A DNA stretch of 64,000 nt, taken from Candidatus Poribacteria bacterium. Its GTDB lineage: Bacteria > Poribacteria > WGA-4E > WGA-3G. Positions within the stretch are counted from its first letter, which is position 1, and each line of letters begins with the position of its first letter. Under the pieces are notes generated by a model that was not told the origin of the DNA, did not search any database, and was given only the letters and a program-made list of their open reading frames with translations. A program made the translations under genes and the position numbers. The DNA is taken from assembly GCA_965214095.1 (NCBI GenBank), contig OZ243938.1, forward strand, positions 2,080,001-2,144,000, written 5' to 3'. Shown piece by piece: positions 53,701-61,000 of the stretch.

Positions 53701-56467
53701 CTTTGAATTGGAACTTCCTATAAATGTTACGAATGGCATTATCAGTGGGGGTGCAACGGGTGTAACAATAGCAGTAGGTGCGACAGAAAGTGAGACTATA
53801 ACGGTAACTCGTGCTGGGAGTGCTGTGAACGATGTCGTTGTGGCTTTTGGAAATATGCCCTCGCTACCTTCAGGTCACATGGGTTATAGTCTTATAAAAG
53901 GAGATTCACTCACGATATCCACAGGAGTAAACACAAATATAACCCCTGTCAGTGACCGAACAGCAGCGGTTCGTGATGCTATTGTCGCAAAGGTATCTGG
54001 CGTTACCGATGCAGCTGATGTTACAGTAACGCATCTTGCAGCGATTACTGGAACATTAGATCTAAGTTCTAATACTAATTTACAGTCAACTGGGATCAAA
54101 TCTGGCGATTTTCACGGTCTCACGAGTTTGACAGGTCTTAACTTGTCTGGCAACAATTTAAATACACCTCCAACTGGTATTTTTTCGGATCTTACCAGTT
54201 TGACGCATCTCAACTTAAGTTCAAACAACATTCAAACGTTAGGGAATAATTTCATTGACAATTTAACATCTCTTAAGATTCTTGAGCTTGAGAGTGCGTC
54301 GTTAACAAGCCTGCCAACAGGTATTTTTGACAACCTGACAGCTCTGACAAAACTTGACTTGGATAGCAATAATATCAGTTCATTACCTGATGGGATCTTT
54401 AAAAATCTTACTAATCTGGAAATCCTTGAATTGGATGGTAATGATTTGTCTGCTGTTCCTACAGGTACATTTGTAGGTTTAACCAATATCACGGAACTTA
54501 AATTAGGGGGTAATACGGTGGATCCGTTATCCATCAATTTAACATTAGAATTTGTTTCTATCGGTAAGATTAAGGTAGTTGCTCCGATAGGCTTACCATT
54601 TGAATTCGACTTTCCTATCACTGTTACGAATGGAAGTATAAGCGGTGGTGGGACTGGTGTTACAATAGCCGCCGGTGCAACAAATAGCGAGACGATCACT
54701 ATTATTCGTACTCCGGGAACGACCACCACTGTCACTGCAGATTTCGGGGATCTGCCCGACTTACCTTCAGACCACGAGGGCTATAGTTTTACAAAAGAGA
54801 ATTTGCTTACCGTATTCAGGGAATATAACGATGGTATAACCCCTGTCAGTGAACGAACAGCATCGGTACGAGACGCAATTGTCGCAAAGGTATCCGGTGT
54901 TGACGACGCTGCTGCTGTTACGAGTGACCATCTTTTAGCGATTACAGGAGCAATAGAAATAATTGGCCGTGATGATATACGGACAAACGGTCTAAAATCT
55001 GGTGATTTTGACGGTCTCACAAGTTTGACAGGACTCAGCTTGATTGGAAACAAATTAACAACACTTCCAGATGGCATTTTTGACAATCTTACCAGTTTGA
55101 CAACACTCAACTTGGCTCATAACGGTTTAACAACACTTCCAGATGGCATTTTTGACAATCTCACAAATTTAACATACCTGGGCTTGATTTGGCACGAGCT
55201 CGGAACGATATCTGGTGCTGTCTTTGACAATCTGACTTCACTTAAGACACTTGAATTCAGGAATGGTCCGTTAACAAGCCTTCCAGATGGTGTTTTTGAC
55301 AACCTCACAGCACTGACAACACTTGATCTTCAATCGAATAAAATCAGCACACTACCAGATGAAATCTTTAAGAATCTTACAAATCTGGAACAACTTGAAT
55401 TGGATAATAATGAATTGTCTGCTATTCCTGCAGGTACGTTTGTAGGTTTAACCAGTCTCACAAAACTTTATTTGGATAGGAATAAAGTTATTCCACTGCC
55501 TCTTAATATATCATTGGTGAAAGTTAGTAGTGGTGAGGTTAAGGCAGTTGCTCCAACCGGTGCTCCTTTTAGTATTGACTTACCGGTATATGTACAGGAC
55601 GGAAGTATCAGTGGAGATGTAACAAGTATTACTATTCCAAAGGGATCAACAGACAGTTCAACATTCACCGTAACCCGTAACGAGGGTAGTACTGGTTCTG
55701 TTGTAGTGGTAAATAGTGGACTACCTAGTCTGCCTTCCGTTCATGATGGATATTCTCTTATAAGACCATCACCAATTATTGTAATTGATGGTAATAATGC
55801 TGCTCCATATTTTCCTGATGGATTATCAACCACTCGATTTGTTAATGAGAATGCTGATTATGATGGTGAAGACTTTGACGATCCGGTAACAGCTATTGAC
55901 ATTGATGGAGATTCTTTGACCTATAGTCTCGGTGGCACAGATGCTTCAAAGTTTAGCATTGATAGTACCAGTGGACAATTACAAACGAACGAAGTACACT
56001 TAGACTACGAAACGGTAGGCTGGTCAAGATATACTGTAACCGTCATTGCGACTGATGATAGTGGCGAAGATAATGATAGCACATCTATCACAGTTACAAT
56101 AGAAGTTACCGATGTGGAAGGCAGTGCACCCCTCAGTAGTCTTACTCCACTGAACAATTCATTACAAATACCTGATGTAACGGCATTTCTACCGAATTAT
56201 CCCAATCCATTCAATCCAGAAACGTGGATTCCTTATCAGCTATCCAAAACAGCCGATGTTTCCTTGACGATTTACGATATGCGTGGGGTTGTCATTCGGA
56301 AGTTGGATTTGGGACATAAACCTGCAGGATACTATACTGACCGGACACGCGCAGCATATTGGGATGGCAGAAATGTACTCGGTGAGAAAGTCGCGGGGGG
56401 TGTATATTTCTCGACATTCAAAGCAGGTGATTTCACTGCAACGCGCAAGATGTTGATACTGAAATAG
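44735..56467 (+). CDS. Giant secreted surface protein (3910 aa): six LRR-Ig cassettes, about 21 cadherin-like repeats, C-terminal FlgD-Ig/T9SS-type domain
   Basis: GTG 44735 with AAGGA SD and signal peptide; LPDGIFDNLTSL 24-aa LRRs; N.AP.F...ATD.D.D...LDYE repeats; PNYPNPFNPETW...WDGRN..G...GVYF tail. Confidence 0.92.
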   Translation: MKRIFVLVSFFLILGLQITGFTEITPVVDRTTQVRDAIVAAASVNSASDVTETQLVAITSLNLRSKGITALKSGDFSGMTGLTSLNLYNNELSSLPDGIFEGLTALSSLRLGGNTVDPMPITVLLEEVGEDQIKAIAPTGAPFDIVLPISVTNGSLSEDVTSLTISKGSTKSNLVLVSRTAGTTAAVTANIGTLSSVPNNHYGYALSKSDTLPLEVIGVISTPPETPIEPETPVEPETPVEPETPDNTAPMFNDDTIVVRSVSENTAPDVNIGSAVSATDAENNTLIYSLSGVNADSFSIVSTTGQLKTKSSLNYETKRIYSVSITVSDGNLTDSITVIISIIDIDETPYVSTMLSVEDRTPEVRDAIVAAIPSVSAAEDVTETHLAAITSLNLRTAGISELKTGDFSGLTGLTNLSLYDNMLERLPVGIFEGLTSLTTLRLGSNLADPIPLIVSLQQVAADQFQAIVHTGAPFNVVLPIEVTNGITSNGETTITIPQGSLKSDAFTVVSTSTLEAIGVSIGTLPSLPANHYGYILARSAVCSRTPQVADAIAAAVSGASDCNNVTDVDLATITSLDLSDVDITSLRTDDFSGLLSLSALNLSNNLLDSLPDGIFDSLTSLTSLNLSGNTVDPFPFGIALEKVGEDQFTAGILTGAPFDIVLPITVANGSLSGNVTTLTILQGNRDSMAVSVVRTPKTFGAVTVNLGALPSLPTIQTGYALVKSNQVPLEILPALNVAPEFIDGESTTRSIAERTVADVNIGSPVSATDGDGDTLTYNLSGTDVESFNFDSTTGQLKTKSELDYEERISYTVTITVSDGVLTDTITVTINITDINDNRRPEFTEGDSATRIIAESTNAGVDIGSAVSATDPDEDTLTYSLSGTDASAFDIDSSTGQLQTKASLDYETKSSYSVTVDVSDDEFSDSITVTINIADIDETTADVNDDTPNNAPVFTDGESTTRSVAENTGSGVDIGNPISATDEDKDTLSYSLGGTDALSFSVGSTNGQLRTSAALNYETKSSYSVIITVSDGNEGSATISVTINITDVLEKTNTAPQFTDGSTTSRSVAENIGSGVDIGSAVSATDADDDTLTYSLGGTDAASFTVGSANGQLRTSASLDYETKSSYSVMITVTDGRGGSDSIVITINVTDIVEATNTAPTFTDGSSTSRSIAENTGSGVDIGSAVSATDADDDTLSYSLGGTDGSSFSIDSSSGQLRTSASLDYETKSSYIVTMTVSDGKGGSDSITITINITDVDEATNTAPIFTEGSSTSRTIDENTGSGVDIGSAVSATDADNDTLTYSLSGTDGSSFSIDSSSGQLRTSASLDYETKSSYTVTISVSDGNGGSASITVTIDVNDIDESPANNVPVFTDGSSTTRTIAENTATNVNIGSPVSATDADDDTLSYGLIGIDASSFSIDSTTGQLKTKAALNFETKASYKVTVSASDGQGGSTRINVTINVTNVNEAPVFTAGTSTIRSIAENAGSGINIGSVVSATDVDSPTLTYTLGGTDAASFDIESTTGQLKTKVALDYETKASYSITITVSDGSLTDSITVTINVRDLDETPSNIAPVFTDGDDTTRSIAENTASETNIGDAIAATDEDSAVLAYLLSGTDASSFTIDGTTGQLKTSAVLNFETKAKYTVTVTVSDGSLTDKITVTINVTNVNEAPVFTAGATATRSVAENTAAETNIGAVLAATDPDANDTITYSLGGTDAASFNIVSTSGQLKTKAALDYETKTSYEVTVTATDSGNATDTISVTINVSDVNENRAPAFASESTTRSIAENTGSGINIGDAVSATDPDTDDTLVYSLGGTDAASFDIGSTNGQLRTKAALDYETKSSYSVTVSVSDGNGGTDSISVTINITDVNENRAPAFASESTTRSIAENTGSGVNIGDAVSATDPDTDDTLEYSLGGTDAASFDIGSTNGQLRTKAALDYETKASYSVTVSVSDGNGGTDSISVTINITDVNENRAPVFASESTTRSIAENTGSGVNIGDAVSATDPDTDDTLEYSLGGTDAASFEIGSTNGQLRTKAALDYETKASYSVTVSVSDGNGGTDSISVTINVTDVPENRAPAFSTDSATRSVAENTGSGVNIGIAITATDPDSSDTLEYSLGGTDASSFSIDSTSGQLRTNAALNYETKSSYSVTVSVSDGNGGTDSIAVTINVTDVNEAPTFTENSPTTRSISENTASDTNIGSAVSATDPDSGDSLTYGLGGTDAASFSIDSSSGQLKTKAALDYEDDDGYEVTVIVSDDNSSTSITVNISISDVNEAPTFTESSPATRSIDEHTVSGQNIGSAVSATDPEGDTLTYTLEGTDASSFSIVSTSGQLQTKVALDYETTTSYSVSVKVSDSSLTSTISVTINVTDVTENRAPSFSDSSFSYRISDIENASVGDSIGDPVTASDADDDTLSYSVGGDDAALFDIDSSSGQLKVTQSLIDHSSSAYSIKVIATDPDDATAEISGTIFVTRVTRQLANNPPIFDDGESITLSVAENTASGVNIGTPITATDDDADDTLTYSLEGTDAASFSIVSTSGQLQTSTALDYETKNSYSVTVKVTDDSGASNNSDTIAVAINVTDVDEGITPEINNAPVFADESTTLSVVENTASGVNIGSPITATDDDASDTLTYSLEGTDAASFSIVSTSGQLQTSAALDYATKNSYSITVKVTDDSGASNNSDTITVTINVTIETLLSNRTAGVRNAILNAIEGVDDAADVTETHLAAITGTLDLAGDKSIRANGLKSGDFEGLTSLTGLSLGQNELTILPDGIFEDLTSLTTLDLTGNELTSLPDDIFEDLTSLTTLKLISNDITTLPDGIFDNLTSLTLLDFFLNELTSLPDGIFDNLTSLTHLNLDFTEIASISATIFDNLTSLTILEFEAGNLTSLPAGVFDNLTALTRLDLDGHEISILPDGIFKNLTNLEILELDSNELSTIPAGTFAGLTNIKELYLYGNAVEPLPINIDFVAVPGGKIKAVAPIGAPFELELPINVTNGIISGGATGVTIAVGATESETITVTRAGSAVNDVVVAFGNMPSLPSGHMGYSLIKGDSLTISTGVNTNITPVSDRTAAVRDAIVAKVSGVTDAADVTVTHLAAITGTLDLSSNTNLQSTGIKSGDFHGLTSLTGLNLSGNNLNTPPTGIFSDLTSLTHLNLSSNNIQTLGNNFIDNLTSLKILELESASLTSLPTGIFDNLTALTKLDLDSNNISSLPDGIFKNLTNLEILELDGNDLSAVPTGTFVGLTNITELKLGGNTVDPLSINLTLEFVSIGKIKVVAPIGLPFEFDFPITVTNGSISGGGTGVTIAAGATNSETITIIRTPGTTTTVTADFGDLPDLPSDHEGYSFTKENLLTVFREYNDGITPVSERTASVRDAIVAKVSGVDDAAAVTSDHLLAITGAIEIIGRDDIRTNGLKSGDFDGLTSLTGLSLIGNKLTTLPDGIFDNLTSLTTLNLAHNGLTTLPDGIFDNLTNLTYLGLIWHELGTISGAVFDNLTSLKTLEFRNGPLTSLPDGVFDNLTALTTLDLQSNKISTLPDEIFKNLTNLEQLELDNNELSAIPAGTFVGLTSLTKLYLDRNKVIPLPLNISLVKVSSGEVKAVAPTGAPFSIDLPVYVQDGSISGDVTSITIPKGSTDSSTFTVTRNEGSTGSVVVVNSGLPSLPSVHDGYSLIRPSPIIVIDGNNAAPYFPDGLSTTRFVNENADYDGEDFDDPVTAIDIDGDSLTYSLGGTDASKFSIDSTSGQLQTNEVHLDYETVGWSRYTVTVIATDDSGEDNDSTSITVTIEVTDVEGSAPLSSLTPLNNSLQIPDVTAFLPNYPNPFNPETWIPYQLSKTADVSLTIYDMRGVVIRKLDLGHKPAGYYTDRTRAAYWDGRNVLGEKVAGGVYFSTFKAGDFTATRKMLILK
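45404..45469 (+). repeat. 18-bp tandem repeat encoding a PETP(I/V)E linker
   Basis: CCAGAAACACCAGTGGAA-like unit, about 3.5 copies. Confidence 0.85.
50030..50960 (+). repeat. Near-identical 306-bp cadherin repeat units
   Basis: Three ENRAP(A/V)FASESTTRSIAENTGSG units; antisense ORFs recur at 50248, 50554, 50860 (period 306). Confidence 0.9.
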
Positions 56468-56509
56468 ACTTAATATCAGTATTAAAAGACTCATCAGAGA
56501 TATTCTAAA

Positions 56510-56562
56510 CTAACCAACAAATCAGGCATCGGATACTCCCCGTTGTCTGTTTTGTTGGTTAG
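56510..56562 (+). terminator. Hairpin downstream of the giant gene, possible terminator
   Basis: CTAACCAACAAA / TTTGTTGGTTAG inverted repeat. Confidence 0.4.
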
Positions 56563-56981
56563 TGAAATGTAAAAATACGTGCACACTCCCCGGTAGATGC
56601 GGTTTCCTAACCGCATCCATGAGACTGAACAAACACCGGTTCGGTTAGGAAATCGAACCATAGGCGTCAATTTAAGGATATATTTACCTATGAAGGATTT
56701 TGGAAGTCTCTTTTTATCCTATACACCTTTCGCACCGCTGGTGCTGAGTTTCTTGTGATGGATATTTTCTATACACCTTTCGCACCGCTGGTGCTGATAT
56801 GTGATTTACACAAGCCTCGGAGAGGCGATAGATGTATAGCACGTAATATCAACACAGACATAAGCCCAGCGGGGCGACAGGTGTATCATAAACACAAACT
56901 TTACTCACTAAATTGACGCCTATGGTGCGGTTAGGAAACCGAACCTACCGTAGTGTGTAAATAATTATGATTTTTACTATA
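56558..56981. mobile_element. S3 MITE, filled allele containing a nested insertion
   Basis: Colinear with 44583-44719 once 56659-56924 and one 20-bp duplicate are removed. Confidence 0.8.
56659..56924. mobile_element. 266-bp nested MITE (shell S5) with four internal CTAT-type palindromic repeats
   Basis: Perfect 16-bp TIR CATAGGCGTCAATTTA; flanking 20-bp duplication; CTATACACCTTTCGCACCGCTGGTGCTGA x2 and two inverse relatives. Confidence 0.88.
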
Positions 56982-57231
56982 AAGTGACGCGTTGTGCTAA
57001 TTAACATTTGGTATGTTTATATCTCACATATCCGTGCAAGATGAAAATGTCCAAACAATAGTAGTATTAAGTCATATAATAAATTATCGTCTATATTATT
57101 TATATGGTATGTTACTATATTGTAATATTGAATGCAAATAATATTGGCGTTTTGGTAGGATCGATTTCACAAGTGCTTATGATTTCGGTGGAACTGATGA
57201 ACACTCTAAACGAGATTATGTTGGGTAGGGA

Positions 57232-57370
57232 GTGTGTAAAGTTCTTGGCAAAATGGACACAGATATCCTGTAGGAGCGATCTCCGAATCGCGACTGAACT
57301 CAGTGATAATCTGGAATCGAAGTTCCTTCCTACATCTCAAAATGTCCCATTAATTCAAAAGTTTACTATA
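57232..57370. mobile_element. Degenerate S3-like element with GTAG REP pair
   Basis: GTAGGAGCGATCTCCGAATCGCGAC at 57270 ... TTCCTAC at 57333; decayed ends GTAAAGTTCTTGG / TCAAAAGTTTACTATA. Confidence 0.5.
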
Positions 57371-57416
57371 CTTGCTGTTTCTAAGTCCACATTCAAAAGA
57401 TAATTGTCATATTTTA

Positions 57417-57568
57417 GATAGGAACTACGGCGTGACAAACTCAAATCCTATCTATCTACTATCCTGAAAATCCTGGTTCAGACAAATAGGAATACAACCC
57501 ACAATAAATGTAACGTTTGTGAAATATAATGAACAAAAATCAATAATTCTTAAAACGAAATACTCTAA
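57417..57568. mobile_element. Right-half remnant of the 11210-11548 element
   Basis: Colinear with 11401-11548 (ATCCTGGTTCAGACAAA.AGGAATACAA...AACGTTTGTGAA). Confidence 0.7.
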
Positions 57569-57584
57569 ATTATAATTATTTTGT

Positions 57585-57613
57585 TTGACAATTGCGTGAC
57601 TTTATATTACAAT
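57585..57613 (+). promoter_or_regulatory. Sigma70 promoter upstream of the second giant gene
   Basis: TTGACA-17 bp-TACAAT. Confidence 0.6.
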
Positions 57614-57915
57614 TAGTAGTATTAAGTCATAAATATATAACTTTATATATAAAAAGTATAGAAAAACACTATTTATATTGTTAGTATTTGGTCCGTATTT
57701 ACCATAGTTATGGTAAACAGAACTGCCTTTGTTAGAATTGAAATATAAGAATTATGGTTGGATAGGGGAGTTAATAGGGGCAACCTAATTATTTTTTCAA
57801 ATGGACCGGACCAATACATGATTCTTTCCCATAAGAACTTAAGAATAAATCCCTCCTTGTAAAAGTTCTCCTCAATAGATACATAAAGCATCAACTGATG
57901 TGACTTTTAATGACA

Positions 57916-58055
57916 TTATACCGTTTCTAATAAAGAATATCTCATTATGAGAGTATAAATTCTAACTTAGATAGAGAATGTCCGAGGCGCAATGAATTGC
58001 GCTACTACGAACGCCTGTTTTGATAATGACGGGTTATTATTTAGAAATGGTATTA
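57916..58055. mobile_element. 140-bp MITE (S4) with GTAG-type palindrome
   Basis: TTATACCGTTTCTAA / TTAGAAATGGTATTA; core GGCGCAATGAATTGCGCT-ACTAC. Confidence 0.75.
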
Positions 58056-58084
58056 CTTTTATTTTATATATAAGGAATCATCCT

Positions 58085-61000
58085 ATGAAAACACGACTCA
58101 AGAATCTGAATTCCGTAATATCTATTTTACTTTGTTCATTAGTTTTCTTTGGTTTACCAGTTACAAGTTCGGCGGAGATTACACCAGTCAGTGAGCGTAC
58201 AACAGAGGTGCAGACTGCTATTGTCGCGGCGGCAGCAGTCGATTCTGCCGCAGATGTAACGGAGACTCACCTTGCAGCGGTTACGACACTCGATCTGCGA
58301 GCTAAAGGTATTACAGCACTGAAATCGGGTGATTTCTCTGGGATGTCCGGACTGACTAATATTAACTTGTATGATAATCAACTTAGCAGCCTTCCAGATG
58401 GTATTTTTGATGGTCTCACCGCGTTGACAACATTGAGGTTAGGTCGTAATACTGTTGATCCGTTTCCTATTACGGTTACACTGGAAAAGGTTGGAGAAAA
58501 CGAATTTAAAGCAGTGGTCCCGACAGGAGCACCGTTTGAGATAGTCGTTCCTATCAGTGTCAGCAACGGTAGTATTAACACTGATGCTAACACCTTAACC
58601 ATAGCAAAAGGTAATAGAGATAGCGGAACTCTCACAGTATCTCAAACAATAGAGAGAATGTCTGTCACCGTAGATATTAGTTCCTTACCCAACCTACTCC
58701 AGAACCATTACGGTTATGTGTTATCCAAATCTGAAACATTGCCTACTGAAGTAATCATAGGTAACACTGCTCCGATGTTTGTTGAAGGTTCCAGTGCCAC
58801 GCGCGCGATCGCTGAGAATGCTGAAACAGATGTCAACATTGGAACACCTATTGCAGCAACAGATTCTGACGACGACCTGCTTACGTATACACTTGGTGGT
58901 ATTGACGCACCGGTATTTTCTATTGATTCTGAGAGTGGACAACTTAAAACCAATACATCTCTGGATTACGAAACACAGCCTTTTTATTCTATCACCATCA
59001 CCACCTCAGATGGTCTGCTCACAGACACCATAACTGTCACAGTTAACGTCATTGACGTGATTGACAACCTTGCACCTCAGTTCACAGAGGGTGCTATCAC
59101 AGTCCGTCAAATTGCAGAGAACAGTGGGGCAGAAGTCAACATCGGGACACCTGTGGTCGCAATAGATATAACTGAAAATACGGATAACGATGATGCAGCA
59201 GATACCCTTGCATATACACTTGGCGGGATTGATGCTGTAACGTTTAGCATTGATAGTGACACAGGTCAACTCAAGACAAAAGAGTCGTTAGATTTCGAAA
59301 CGAAATCCTTATATAAGGTAACTGTCACGGTTTCAGATGGTGACCTCACCGACATAATCACTGTGGTCATCCAGGTTATAGATTTGGCAGAAACTGCCTT
59401 TGTATCTGAATTCCTACCACTTAATGAACGAACACAACAAGTGCAAGATAAAATCGTTGATATCGTCAGTGAAGATGAGATAAGCGAGGCACACATAGCG
59501 GCGATTACTTCACTCAATCTACGGGATACAGGCATAACAGAACTGCAATCGGGTGATTTCTCAGGAATGTCAGGTCTTACAGATATCAATCTGCACAATA
59601 ATATGCTGACGACACTACCGATTGGCATTTTTCAGGGACTTACATTGCTGACGACACTTCGATTAGGAAACAATCTACTGGACCCACTCTCGATTTTTGT
59701 CTCTTTGCAACAGGTTGATAAAAACGTGTTTCAGGTATATGTCCCGAGTGGTGCGCCGTTTGATATTGTCGTTCCAATTCAGGTTGCTAACGGACATATT
59801 AGTAGTGGTGAGTCAACAGCAAAGGTGCTGACAGGAACTCTAACAAGTCAACCGTTTACAATCGTTCCCACTACTGACACGTTGACACCTGCGTCAGTAA
59901 GTATTGGTCCATTGCCGGAATTACCACTGAATCATTACGGTTATATTCTTGCGAGATCTACTGCTTGCAATCGTACCCCAGAGGTGGTTTCAGCGATAGA
60001 GACAATGTATCCGTTTCTCATGCATTGTCAAAACGTATCAAATGTTGATATCGCTACCGTTACATTCCTTAATTTAGACGAAACGGGAATCCTATCACTT
60101 AGAACAGATGATTTCTCTGGATTTCTGTCACTCACAACACTGTATCTAAATAATAATGAGTTGACAGAGCTACCTGCTGGAATATTTGATGGTTTAGATG
60201 CATTAGACACTATTCGTTTGCGCGGAAATCGGTTGGAGTTACTGCCAGATGGTATTTTTAAGGGTATGACAAACTTAGAAGCCTTAGACCTAAGTGGTAA
60301 CGCAATTGATCCGTTACCCATAACTGTATTATTAGAAAAGGTTGATGAAAGTGCGTTCAGAGCGATTGTCCCGACCGGTGCACCATTTGATATAGTGCTC
60401 AAAGTGGAGGTAAACAACGGAAATAACGCGAATGGTATTGACAGCATTACCATTCCAAAAGGGAGTGTTGAAAGTGATGTTTATACCCTCACACGTATAC
60501 CGAATACATTCAATGCTGTTTCAGTAGATATTAGTCCTCTACCAAGTTTACCATCACTGCATACGGGTTATGAATTGGTCAAGCCAGACACGTTGCCACT
60601 TGAAATTCTCTCACGTATTGAAGTTGCACCTGTGATTACCGAAGGAGACACCACGACACGTTCTGTTGCAGAGAATACGGTTGCGGGGACAAACATCGGG
60701 GATCCAATCACAGCAACAGATGAGAATAACGATATGCTTACGTATAACCTTAGCGGTGCCAATGTTGCAGTGTTTGATATTGATTCTACAACGGGACAGT
60801 TGAAAACGAAAGGAGCTCTTGATTATGAAACAAAAACATCGTATTCAGTATCAGTATCCGTTTCTGATGGGAGTTTGACAGCAAGTATTGATGTGGTCAT
60901 CAGTATCACGAATGTCGCAGAAAAACCGGTGTTTCTTGAGGGTGTGAGTACCACGCGCGCTGTAGCAGAAAACTCAGTGGTCGGAACAATAACCGGTGAA

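Noticed and set aside
56700-56890. Two 29-bp direct repeats resembling a mini-CRISPR
   Set aside because: Only two direct copies followed by inverted relatives, all inside a TIR element; no cas genes
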